A stretch of 64,000 nucleotides of DNA, from positions 1,116,001 to 1,180,000 of the forward strand of contig MU063499.1 of the NCBI GenBank assembly GCA_013265495.1. Direction: 5' to 3'. The notes below the pieces were generated by a model that saw only the letters and a program-made list of their open reading frames with translations, was not told the DNA's origin and made no database searches. The DNA is from Vicugna vicugna (taxonomy: Eukaryota). Below, one piece after another: positions 50,594-63,400 of this stretch. Both the position numbers and the translations under genes were made by a program. Numbering within the stretch: position 1 is the stretch's first letter; each line of letters opens with the position of its first letter.

Positions 50594-50680
50594 GTGTGCG
50601 CGTGAGTGTGTGTGTGCGCGTGTGTGCGTGCATGTGTGCACGTGTGAGTGTGTGTGCACGTGTGTGTGTGTGTGTGTGTG
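50594..50680. repeat. Compound (TG/CG)n alternating purine-pyrimidine microsatellite
   Basis: 87 bp of nearly unbroken RY alternation ending in a pure (TG) run. Confidence 0.9.
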
Positions 50681-50899
50681 GTAGGAGGGGGTGTTGGGGG
50701 AAGATAGCAGGTAGAGCAGGGAGCCCTGGAGAGGAACTGGGGCCTGGAAAATGGGACAGGCAGACTGGGCAGTGGGAGAAGCCACCCTGACTGCTACATG
50801 TCTGGGTACTCAACCTACCCCTCCTGGTTCCATCCAAAAGTCCCCAGGGCCCTAGATCTGGGCCTTGCCTACCCTTCCTGTTCTCTGGAGCCTTCTTGC

Positions 50900-51235
50900 T
50901 GACTCAAACCCTTTCCAGCCTCAGGGTCTTTTCATGCGCTGTTCACTCTGCCCAAAACTCTCTTCCCTCAACTGCTTCTGGCACAGTTCCCACTGACAAA
51001 GTCTCAGAAAAAAATGTCACCTCCTGGGGTGGCTTCCCACACCTTTCTATTCATCTCGATATCTAAAGCTGCCCTCCATTCCCTCAAAACAGCCTGTCTG
51101 TTTCTTTCACAGCATTTATCACAATTTGAACTTGAATACTCATTTATTCATTTACTGATTCAAGGGCCAGTGGTCACCATCGAGTCCCCTGTGCCCAGCA
51201 GCCAGGCACACAGCAGACATTCCATAAATACTGCA
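50900..51235 (+). mobile_element. L2 3' end overlapping the MST1R 3' UTR end (antisense to the gene)
   Basis: CCAGCCTCAGGGTCTTTTCATGCGCTGTTCACTCTGCC...CCCCTGTGCCCAGCAGCCAGGCACACAGCAGACATTCCATAAATACT resembles the L2 terminus. Confidence 0.6.
51143..51148 (-). terminator. MST1R polyadenylation signal
   Basis: AATAAA on the minus strand about 260 nt after the stop; variant AGTAAA at 51151-51156. Confidence 0.7.
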
Positions 51236-51409
51236 TCAAGGATCCCCTCACTGGTTCCCTCTGTGGAGTGAGAGGCCATTGTGCCTTGCACCTTCCTATG
51301 CCCCTGAAGGCTGAGAGGCAGGGACCGGCAGAGGCCAGCCCAGAGGCAGCTTGGGTTAACTCCCACCATTACACAGGTCCGATCCCTCGGGTCCTGCCTG
51401 GGGCTGAGG

Positions 51410-54400
51410 TCACGTGGGCCTTGGTGGCTCTGAGAGGGGCCGGGGCCGCCCTGTGCTCCTGTGCACTGGTGGGGACGGCGACTGTTCCGATGACAGGTTT
51501 GCCTTGTCAGAGGTGCCAGGGCCCACGTTCACATAGGCCACGGGCAGCTGCACGTAGTGGTCTCCTCGCAGTGTGGCCACCATGCGCTCCACTTCCCCTG
51601 CCAGCACTCCAAAGGTGGGTCTTGCTGCAGGATCTGCAGCCCAGCAGTGCTGCATCACTGCATACCTACCAAGTGGAGGAAAACGTCAGAGGCATGGTGC
51701 ACTGCACCCAGAGACTCCGGGCCATCTGCCTGCTGTTACCACCCGGCAGGCCACACAGGGGTGAGGGCAGGTGACAGGACCTGGTGCCTCACATCGCCCA
51801 ATTAGGGGCAGCTCTTCTCCTTCCCAACTTGGCAAGGTTGAATTGCATCAGGGAGCTAAGAGGTTGGGCTCCTGTGCCCTGTGACCTGGGCTATGTGATC
51901 TTGAGCAAGTTCCTTAACTCTGTGCCTCTGGATCCTTCTCTGATCACAGAGGTATTGGGGCATAAGGTGAGAGGATGCCTGTGCAGTTCTTAGCTTAGGG
52001 CCCAACTCACAAGCTATCATGGTTATCATCACATATCTTCCAGGAAGGAAGCCCAGATCTGGGGATTAAAAGGCCTGAGATGTGTGGGGCAGCACATGGC
52101 ACAATGGTTCCCAAGCAAGTGTCTCTGGGTTTGTCGGGTGAGTTCTAATACATCCGCCTTTATCTTGGAAATATTATCCCTGCCTTAAATGATACTAAAA
52201 TTGCCCTACACACAATAATCTCATATACTTTTTAGACCCTCTGAAGGTGGGACTGTTATCATTCCAACTTTCCAGATGAGAAAAACTGAGGCCCAGAGAG
52301 AAGGGACTTGCCCTGAAATAGAGGATGCTGTGGTGTGCCACCCAGATACCCCCCTTTATTCTGCCTGTGGCTGCTGATGGCTCTTGGCTGAGGCCCTGAC
52401 TAGGAATTGCCCTAGGCAGAAAAGAAATGCCTCCTACAAGTTCACACTCCTTCCTCAGGGACAGCTGTGACCAGTGACTGACTAATGTCTGGTGCAAACA
52501 GCTGGGCCCCTTGATCTCAATTTCAGAAAACTCCGAAGGGCCTTTCCAGTGTCAGAGGTTTCCAGGGCATAGGCTGTAGCTTCTGTTGCATCTGCATCAC
52601 AGGCCAACTTCTTCCCCTGCCTAGTCCTGCTTCTCTCACCCCCAGTCTACCAATAAACCCTCTGCACGTAAATCTCCATCTCAGAGTCTGTTTAGGGAGA
52701 CTGCAATATAGGCAAATAGACAGTGAAGTTAATTTCCTTTACTTTGTTTTTTGTTTGGTTTTGTTTTGCAGGGGGAGGGAATTAGGTTTATTTATTTATT
52801 TTAAGTGGACGTACTAGAAATTGAACCCAGGACCTCGTGCATGCTAAACACACACTCTACCACTGAGATATACCCTCCCCCTAATTTCCCTTACTTTGAA
52901 TCAGACGCATTAGTGATGTAAATAATAAAGAGCAAACCCAAGGCAGGCAGGGCAGTGAGGAAGGATTACTCATACCCTTCTGGAACACAGATTGGATAGG
53001 ACTCATCAACCACCTTTACCTGTGTTCTTCCTGTTCTGACCAGAGACTTCAGCACAGCTGAGCCATGTGTGCTGCTTATGAAGCTGAACCTGGGCACCAA
53101 AACCACCCATCAGGCACTGATGAAACACAGCGGCCGTCATACCTCTGGGAACAGGCAATCTAAAACTATACCCAGTGGAAAAAAAAATCTGATCTGCTGA
53201 TGGGGGGGAGGGGCTAGTGTGGGAGCTAATGGAACATTTCCTTGAGGTTAAGAAAGAGGAAAAGATGGAAAACAGCCCCCCTTGGTGGGGGTGGGTGGAG
53301 AGGAGTGCTGGGAAATCAAATCACTGGCCTCAATCCAGACTGAGTTAGGAAATGCTGTTACCATGGCAACTGTGATATTCTTCCAGCACCCAGCCCGGAA
53401 TAGGGGTGGAACCAATCCGCAGATGAGGAAACTGAGGCCCAGAGAGGGTCCCTTTCCAGGTCAGCCAGAGAATCAGTCAAAGAATCAGGCAAGGACTCTG
53501 TCTCCAGCCCCTTTCTTGTCTCTGGGGCCTAGCTCACTCCCCATCACCACTTCCACATACTCACAGAGAATCGGGGCAATACTCAGGCTGGGGCAGGCGG
53601 CGACCCTGGGCCAGGAAGTGAGCGAGGTCAAAAGGGTCAATGTGGGAGTATGGTGGGGCACCCCGTGTCAGCAGCTCCCATAACAGCACACCAAATGACC
53701 ACTGTGGGAGGAGAGAGGTGAAGGGACTGAACTCTTACCCCAAATTTGGAGACAGGTGGGTCCCCCCAGCTCCTCTACCTCTCAGAGCCCTCTAGCTGGA
53801 ATGGAGGGGCTTGACCCCCCAATCAGAGCCCATTCCTCAAAACCTCACCAGCGTCTTCCCTCTGTCCCCACCCACCACTCGAGCCTGCCCAGAGTTGGTG
53901 TTGGGCAGGGCCCAGATTGTCTGGAGTTCATAGCCTTCTCTTGCCCTGACATCTGCCCAGAGGTGGGCAAATGGGCTGGGGGTGCTGCCCAGCTAGGGAA
54001 TTCCCTGGACTCAGATCATCGTCCGGAGCTAATGGGCAAGTCCAGGCTGAGTGTCCTCCCAGGACGCTGAAGCAATGTGGGCCCTGGGGCAGGTGGGGCC
54101 TTACCACATCAGACTTGGTGGTGAATCTGTAAGTCTGTAGGCTCTCGAGAGCCATCCATTTGACAGGTAGACGAGCGTGGCGGTGCTGTTGGACACTGTA
54201 GTATTCCTTGTCCAGGACGTCGCGGGCCAGACCAAAATCAGCCACTTTGACCGTGAATGACTCATCCAGCCTGGAAAGGGAATCACTCTCAGGACTGGCC
54301 CCTACCAGGCCCTGAACCCACCTGTCCCGGCCCGAACAGGGTTTCTGAGCCACAATGTCCAATCCAAGCCTGCACAGGGTAGACAGGAAAACAGACCCAG

Positions 54401-57400
54401 AGACAGGAGGACATGTCCAGGGCTGCACAGCAAGGGCTGGAGCGTGGGCCCCTTCCTGAGGTGCAGCTTAGCTGCAGGCCCTGATGCTCTGCCCCCTTGC
54501 TTCTCCCCAGCTGCTCTGGCAGCTCACATGCAGTTCCGAGCAGCCAGGTCCCTGTGCACAAACTTCTGCTCTGCCAGGTACTCCATGCCGCGGGCCACCT
54601 GCAGGCCGAAGCTGATGAGGTCCTTCACCGTGGGGTTCTAGGGGCACAGGTGGGTCAGTAGGTGAGGGCAGAGCAGCTCCATCCTCAGCTGCTGCCCAAG
54701 CCCCTGACCCAGGGCCCACTGAGCACTGACCCGCTGGGGTGAGCGGATGAACTGGAGCAGGTCTCCGTGGCGCATGTAGGGCAGCAGCACACGAGGCAGC
54801 CCTTCAGGCGGAAGCATGATCCCAATGAGAGCCAGCACGTTTGGGTGGTGCAGACCCCGCATGAGCAGCCCCTCGCGCAGGAAGGCCTCCACCTCCTGCA
54901 CTTCTGTGATGCCTGCAGAGCGGCTTGAGTCAGGCCCAGGGCAGGGAGCCAAGGGTCAGACAGGGAAATGGAGAAGAAAGTTCTCCTGCTCAGGGTCGCT
55001 CAGTGAGGTGGTTGCACAGCAGGGACGGAGACCCTCCCAGCCTCTGTCCCACTTACGACTCAGCGACTTGATGGCACAGTGGACTCGATTCTGGGCCTCG
55101 TCTATGTATTCTCCATGGTAGACGACTCCAAAATGGCCTATGAGGGAGAGATGGTGAGAGGAGCCCCAGTGCCCAGGGCTCCACCACACCCTCTCATTGG
55201 CACCTAGACCTCAGAGCACCAACTGGCCAATCTGACATTAAAGACGAGCGGCAGCTTCCGGATGGCAGAGCCTGCAGCCTTCCTAGGCCCACTTAATCTG
55301 CACCAGAACCCAGTGAGGACAGAATTTCTGTTTCCCAGATGAGCAAATGGAGGCTCAGAGAGGTTACACAGTATGCCTCAGGTCACACAGGTTGGTGAGG
55401 CCAGAGCAGAGGCCTGCCTAACTGTTCCTTGAGCCCATGTCATCTCAGGACTCCATCTCTGTCCCAGTCCCAGCTGGCCTGGCCCCCATACCTTTGCCAA
55501 TGACTCGGTCAGTGTGGGTGAGCACCCGTTCATGGGGAATCAGCACATCCTTAACCTCGGCCAGGAGCGTGGGGTTCAGGTCCCCAAGTTGAATGGACTC
55601 TTTCCTCAGCAGTGGGACATGGGATCCGACCCCACTGTCTGAGAAGGATGCTCTGCGGATCCGAGTGGTAGAACCCAGGTCACTGATGGCAGGGGATGCT
55701 GTGGAGGACAGGGAGTGAGGGACTTGTGGCACAGAGGGCATGGCCCCAGCTTCTAGTACTGCCACCATCTCACCGAGGCCATTTCTGTAGTCAGAGCCTG
55801 AGCGGAGAATAGGCAGAGGTAAGTCTCCAGTGGTCCTGTCCAGGGATGCCAAATCATCCAGATTTGGAGAAAGGACTGTGGAAAAATGGCCCCTAGTGGC
55901 CAGCCATTCCAAGCTCCTAGAGGCTGACCCCTACCCAGGAGGCATGGGCAGACCGAGGATATAGGGGCTTGGAGGTGTCACTGTTTTGGGGTAGGGGCTG
56001 AGTCAGGATGGGAGTGGAGAGCTCACCTAGCTGTTTCCTCCGGTAGTAACTGAAGACCAGTACGGCGGCCAGTACACCCACAAGCAGGAGCAGGGCCAGC
56101 AGGACACCGAGGAGCATGCTCTGGGGGACCCCTTCCAGACCTGGCCGCACTACCCTGCCCAGGATGTGACACCCACCATCCACGCAGACCTGGGGGCAGG
56201 TGGCAGCTCAGGCCCAGCCTGCAGGCCCTCAACCCATGTCTCCTGCAGAAGGCCTGCTGAGCTGCCTACCTGCAGTGGAGCACCATCCTTGCCAAGTTGC
56301 AGGGAGAGGGGCAGGGGGCAGACGACCACATCCCCTCGGAGCTCATGCCGGCAGCTCTCACCTCCCACGGTCACGTTCACATCCACACAGTCAGCCACAG
56401 CACCCAGCCCAATATACTGCAGAGACAGTCATGAGGACTGGCCAGTGCCCCCATCTCCTTTGGGCAGGCTTCAGCCCCAACCCTCCACTGTCCCAGCCCC
56501 TCATCCCCCACACTTACCTCAAACTTAATGGCATGCTCCTCAGGCTTCAGTGGGGCCAGGTCTGTGCTGGGTGGGTAGGGTGGGGGCAGGAAGCGAAAGC
56601 CAGGCAGTGTGAAGCCAGGAGCCCCATCCCCCTGGACACTCAGGTTCCCCATCACCCACCCCTGAGGGCCTCGGACCACGTATTCAGGCAGGCGGCACCA
56701 GTGCTGCTCCGGGAGCTGCCCTTCACACTGCTGGACCCATGCGAGAGTGGTTAGCCAGGTATCCTACCTACGGCCACCCCAGTCCCCCAGCTCAGCACAG
56801 GGTAGGGCTGGAACTCAGGGGACTGGTGTGGCCTTCCTCCCTCCTGGCCAGTGCCCACTTTGCAGCTGCCAGCACCCGCTCACCCTGTTCTCCACTGCCT
56901 TAAACCCATCATGGAATGACACCACGAGGTGCTGCACTGAAGTCAGGTGCTGGCCACGGATGGTCACATAGGAGCCACTGTGGAGGAGAGTGGGGTGGCG
57001 AGCTTGGGGTGCTCTCCAAGACTGGATCCTTCGTTCTTAGGAGACCAGAGTGGGCAAGGAGGTGGCACTTACGTGTAGCCACAGTTGGGGCTGATGCCCA
57101 GCATGATGGGGTCTTCCTTGTAGTGGAAGTTCCAGGAGCCAGGCACCTTGGCACCCCCTACCTGCAGGCGAATGGGAACGCTGGCAGTAGCGGCCCCTGG
57201 GGGTGTGGTACATAAAAGCTGCCCCTCGTTGACCCTGCAGAACAGGTGGATTGGGCTCAGAGGCACCCTCCACGTGATGGTCAGGCCCAACTCCTCCAGG
57301 GGCCTGCCGATCCCTCCCAGTTCCTCTGCTGGTCATCCCCTCAACCTGCCCTACTCCGTGGCTCTGTCTGAAGGTAGGGTGGTCCCAGTAAGTCCTCCAA

Positions 57401-60400
57401 GAAGACAAGCAGGGAACAGGTTCCCCACAACATTGGCTGGAGCCATTGGACTCTAGGTCTAGAGGCAGTGGACTCTCCTGACATCCCCAAACCACCTCTG
57501 AGCTGGAGAAAGCAACAGACCCTTCTTCCTGGACCTGTTCCTTACACTGACCATGTGACTGAGCCCTCCTCCTTCTGCCCTGACAGGGATCCAAGCCCCA
57601 CGTGGTGAGGGCTCCCCTGTGTGGGACCCTGTGGATTCCCATCCCCTTTCCTGATGGAACTTACCGTTTCAGCGGGCACTCAGTCCCATTGATGAACACA
57701 GCCCGGCTGGTACCTACAGACAGGTCTTGGCCTTCAAGGGTGAGGGAGGTTCCCCCTGCCCGTGGGCCAAAGAGGGGTTGTACTGTTCTCAGCACCGGCT
57801 CCTGAGAGGGCATGGAGGTGGCTTAGCTTGCAGTAGGAGGCCCTCTACCCAAACCCTTCCCTGCCCGAATTGCCCAGCAGGCCAAGAGAATAGACAAGGC
57901 AAGGTGGCCTCACCACAAAAGAGAAGCCTTGAAGCATGGAGGTGCCATCCACCCGGAAATGCCTGCCCAGTGGCACGTTGGACACAGTGAGGCTGACGTT
58001 GGCAGGCCCAGCTACCTGCGTGACCAAGGGCTCCAGCTCACACTCAAGCTCCTCTACAAAGTACTTCCGGGGCACTTGGCTGGGACACCAGGGGAACTCA
58101 AAGTCAGCCAGGGGCCACCTTGGCTGGTTGCCTGCCCACTACAAATCACAGGTCTCCTCTGAGCTTTTCTTCCCCCAGGTAGGGCAGGATCTGGCAGAGC
58201 AGAGACTAACCTTGCCAGGCCAGGACTCAACAGACAGGTAGGGCACATGCAGGCTCAAGAAGGGACAGAGATGTCTCCCCAGACACAAAGCCACAAAGCC
58301 ATTGCAACTTACCCCATACCACTATGCCCCACACAAGCAGAAGACAGGGTCTCACAGGGACGGGGCTGCTTGGTTACTCCCATCAGGGATCAAAAGGGTA
58401 GAGACCAGGTTGTACCTGAGGTTTGAGCTGTCCTTATGCAGCAGTCGGCAGGGACTTTGACCCACGGTAACCTGATGGGTGTCTTTAGGCACCAGGCCAG
58501 TAGGGTGTAGGTTGAAGTTGGAGCCACACAGGGTTAGCCTTGTGCTGCCCCTCAGGGGTCCACTCTGGGGGTGGAACTGAGGGGAGAGGAGGAGATGGCC
58601 TGAGTCCCCTGCTGGGTCAGGACTCCCAGCCTCGTCTGCTTTCCCCGAAGTTTTCTGCCATACTCCTTGCCTGTCTCACACTTCATCATTCTAGGTCTCT
58701 TACTAGTCCTCACTCAAAACTTTTCTGCCTCTAAGTCTTTGCATGTGCCATCCTCTCTGCCAAGAATGCCCTCCTTGTAGATACTGAGGTCAGCTCAGGC
58801 CTGAGGAAGATCATGGTCAAGAGCTGCTGACCCCCACCTCAGGCCCAGCTTGCCCCGCCCTTACCTGTGTCCTGCCAGGCAAGCCATACCTCAGTAAGCT
58901 CTGGTGGGCAATGGTCCTGTTGCCAGGAGCCAGGACACTCCTTCTGCCGGCCACACATGCCCCCACACCATCCACAGCCCATGAAACGCTGTGCCCGCAG
59001 GCAACGCCAACAGGTGAGGAAGTGGCGGCAGCCAGGGCCCCGGACAGGTACCTGGAAGACCTTGGACAGACAGGTGGCTCAGGGGTGGCTAAAGGTGGTG
59101 GGGGCACCAGGTCCCTTAGACCCCCTGGTCCCAGTGTAAACCAGGGAGGTGAGACCTGTGTGTCAGTGCCTCCCTGGATCAAATGGGGTGGCTGTGCTCC
59201 CACAGCACAGTCCCAGGCCCTGCCCTGCCCCACCTTACCTTGTCCCCAGAGGCAAAGAGAAGGTGGTCCCCAAGGCGACTGATATCCCGATGCACAGGCT
59301 GCCCATTGCTGCCCAGTGAGAAGTTGGACACGTACAGCAAGTAGTTGAGAGACCTGGCCAGTTCCACCTGGGACAGGTCAGCTGTGAGCAAAATGGGGAT
59401 GAGGGTTTGGGGACAAGGGGCTGTGGAGATGAGGAACCTACCTGCAGGATGCGCCCATCAGCTGTGCCCATGTGGGCCAATGTGACATTGTTGAGGCGTG
59501 TCACGTGCAATGCAGTGACCTGCACTGGCCCTAACAGCCCATTGAAGAGGTCCACACGTGAGAAGCTGCTGCTGACCAGCAGAGGGAAGTGGCGGCAACT
59601 GGTGTTGGGGCTGAGAGCCTCCAGGCCAGGCTGGGGAGGGTCAGGGAAGGAGTCAGGGCTCATCTCCATGCACTGACCCCTTGGGAACTCTGCCAGTGAC
59701 CACCACAGCCCAAACTCCCACCCCTCACCTGCCCTGGCTGCAGAAGGTCCCAGGCCTGCCAGTTTCCCCACCCCCTCCATGGGGCTCTCAGAAGTAGCAA
59801 GGCCAGGGAAGAAGGCCAAGGCTGGAAGTCTGGCTCAGCTCCCCCTGCACGTCCATTCTGATAATGAGTCTTACAGAGTTAACCCCATTCTGTCCTCACA
59901 GCCTTGCTGTAGAGTGGGTACTCTCACCACCCCCATATTACAGAGAAGGAAACTGGCTCACAGAGGTTTGCTCACCTGTCAAGGCCTTATAGCTACTCCT
60001 CTCCTCAGGAGAGGAGCCAGGTTGGAAGTCTGAGTTCTTGATCAGAGTCCTCTCCTGCCCCCTGCTGGTTCCTCCCTGCACTTCACAAACCCTGTTCCCT
60101 CTTAAGGCTTCGGTTTCTACACCTGCGTAAGGGCCTGAACGCTGAGGTTAATTGGCCAGCACAGGGTTAGTAACATGGTCCTTCTCCCTGAGACACCACA
60201 GGTCTTCCTGAATCTCCAGCTGCTACCTGTACCTCCTTCAGGGTACAAAAGGGATAAACCAAAGCCTGAGGGTCTGTATACCAGACTAGGCCCTGGGGCT
60301 GGGAAACAGTAATTTCTCCCCTGCTCTTAGCAGGAGGGTGTTTGGGGTTGAGTGCCCAGGGCAAGGCTGTGGAAGCCTCTGGGACACCAGGAAGTGAGAG

Positions 60401-63400
60401 TGCGAGTGTAGGGTATCGAGCTGGGCTCAAGGTGTAGCCAGGGATCTGTAGCCTTAGCTGCTCGGAACCCTCCCTTACCAGCCCTAAGGGTGGTCCCCAA
60501 GGCTGACAGAAGGCCCCTATTAGACTAAGTATGCTTAACCCAGTCCTGATTGAAAGTCTTGGGAGCAAGAGTAGGTCTCGAGCTGGGCCCTGAAACTCCA
60601 CACACTGGATCTGTAGCCTGGGTCGGTGGGGACTAGGACTCTGTCCTCACTGGAGGTGGGTAAGAGACTTGAACCTAGCAGGAAGCCAGCCAGGTGATTT
60701 CAGTATGACTCAGCGACAGGTGGGGCTGTGGGGTGGAAAAGAGGCCCTATCCCAGTCAGAGCCACACCCGTGCCTGTTGGCCCCTGGGCTCCAGGGCCTT
60801 AGCTCTGGGTTCCCAGGCCTGTCTAGAGGCCTCTGGTTCCGGAAAACACTTAAACATCCAATGCCCCATAGTGGAAGGTGACCCCCCCAGACTCAAACCC
60901 TGTCTGAACTCATGGTGGGCAGGTCCCAGCTCTGAGCCCCTCAGGCTTCATGAGGGCAGCCACAATGAGCACACAGTGGGTGTCTTCCTGGAGGCTGCAG
61001 GCCCAGTCACAGGACACTGTGCAGGCTGGTCCACACAAGGCCTGGCTAGCCTATAGGCAGGGCTTGAGCCTGGCACTACCAAGTTGTGCTGGGTTTCTTC
61101 TGATCCCCTGACCACTAGCCAAGTCAGGGAGAGGTTCCGACTCCCTGAAGGAGAGGAGGCCAGGCAGGGCCACCCAGCTCAGACTAGGGATCCCAACCCC
61201 TAAGGCCTCCTCAACCCATATGGAGTCAGCAGAGGGTAGAAGCTGAAGACTCCCTACCCTTCATTGTGTATAAATTCTCCTCCCAGCACTGCGGCATCAG
61301 TCAGAGCAAAAGGAGTTAGTGGAGAATGTCATAGCAGGGCTAGGGCCACAGAGCAGCCAAAGACTCAGAGAGCAGTGACTGTGGGTCAGCTTGCTAAAAG
61401 GCCACTTGTCCAATGCCATTTGTTCATTCATTCCATTGCCCTGGGTTAGTCTCTTGTATGGTGGAACTGTTTCAATGGCTTCAAGGGATCAGTTTTGGTT
61501 TTGTCCTCAGGGAAGTATTTTAAGGAATTTCCTTTTTGTCTCTTCTCCAGATCCCTGACACTTATGCTGGAGAGAACCTGGGTAGGATCTGCTGGAAGGC
61601 ATCCCCAGTTAAGCATGGGCTGGGAGACCTCCTTCCTGGGGTGAGAAGGGGGACTGAGGCAGGGCCCCAACTATGGTGAAAGAAAGTATGGGATTCCTGC
61701 ATGGTGAACCAATTCTAATCAGCCTCTCCTAGGCCTTTACTCATCCCCAGATGTTTATAGTTGATTGCACAAGACTGGAGTGAGCCTTCTGGAATCTACC
61801 AGAGCCAAGCCTCCTTCCCACTACATCCTGAATCCTCTCCCAATCACCCAACGGAGAACAATCAGGAATGAGTGGATCAGTAAAGCCCAAGGCATGCAGG
61901 CTCCCTGACAAGCCCCCAACTTCCAAGGCCCAGGAGGCTCTCTAGAGGGGGAGGCATTCTCTGACAATCCCTGACCCACCCTCCTTGGAAAGCAGAGCAA
62001 AACAACTGTTCCTACAGGGAAAGCAAAACAGTGTTGGTGAGCAGCTATGAGTCTGGATGAATCTGTGAGCATCTGCCTGTGTGGAGGGCGCTGCTTTTCT
62101 GTGCATGTCCCTAAGGTTATATGTCGTGAGCAGATGGGAAGGGACACCCATCATTCTACCCAGCATTTGGAAGTGTGCCTGGCAGAGAGACAGTTATGCA
62201 GTCTGGTTTTCACATGGCCAGGGAAACTACCTAAAAAATCAAGAGGCCAGGGTGAGAGGGTTAAAGAGCAAAATGGCATAGCAACAGGGTCCAGCCTGGC
62301 CAGGAGATGAGCCTCCAGTGTGGCCTTTGGCTGATTCCCTCACTACCCTAAAGAATAGGGTGGAAGAGAAAACTTGCCCCCAACTGCCCTCCCCCTTCCA
62401 GATCCCCTCGGTACCGGAAGAGAGGCAGCTGGAAGGGAAGCATGCACACAATGCTCACAAGTGAGGGCCCCTTCTTTCTGCTCACCGGGTGAGGGCAGAA
62501 ACTGGGCAATTGAAAGAAGTCAAGGTCTCGGCGGAGGCCAGGGTGGACTGGAGGCTCACAGCAGCGCTCTACTCCCTGATCAATGAGAGTGTTCAGCAGA
62601 TCAACTGGGAAGGCACAGACGACAGAGCTGGGATCCACAACTGACTTGCTGTCCCTGCTAGCCGAGAAGACCCCAAATAGCACTTCCTGGCCCTCGGCGA
62701 TGCTCAGTTCAGCAGCCAATCTGCTGCCCACAGGAGCGGCATGGGCTGCCCTCAGCACCGGGTAGGGATGCCCTCCCTCATGGGCCGCGCGACGCCGGCG
62801 TTTAGGCTCAAAACTGCAGTCAAGGACCATCTCGCGGTAGTTGCCCAGGTCGGTCTCTACAGCACTGAGCCGTGCCACACGTGTGTGTAAGGCACCAGGA
62901 GCGGCTGCCACGTTGGCTGGCTGCACCATCAGAAAGTAGACAAAGGCTCCCGCGCGGAAACTGTACACATATTCGATGCGGTAGGAAGCGAGGTGCTCGG
63001 GCAGCACTGATAGTGCTGCAAAGCCTGGTGCAAATCCTGAGACGTCAGCCTTGAGGCGCCGGATGGACACTGAGCCGGGGCTAAAGCTGGCGGCCACTGT
63101 TGAGTTCAGCGAGGATGCCACGTAGAAGTAGGAGGCATGGCCCTGCTCAACCACGGTCACAAGGGTGCCCAGAGGGCTGGCCACACAGTCGGGACAGTCC
63201 TCGGGCCGATTGTGGTGTGCAGAGAAAAGGCAGGCTGGTGGTGCCAGGTGCAGGGCTGCCCCTTGGGGCTCTAGCTCATGCAGGAAGCAGCGACCATGAA
63301 GGCTGGAGCCACAACTGATCAATGCGGGCAGCGCCGGCTCCAGCACTAGCACCTGCGCATCTGTATCCTCCCGCGGGCCGTGGGGGCCCGGGCCACAGGC

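Noticed and set aside
51490-51560. RON docking site YVNV (MET-like) instead of human YMNL
   Set aside because: As I recall, mouse RON also has YVNV, so it is probably ancestral; both fit the YxN Grb2 motif.
55880-55900. Possible CTCF site TGGCCACTAGGGGCCA (minus strand)
   Set aside because: Mismatch in the G-rich core; cannot be supported without a PWM or ChIP data.
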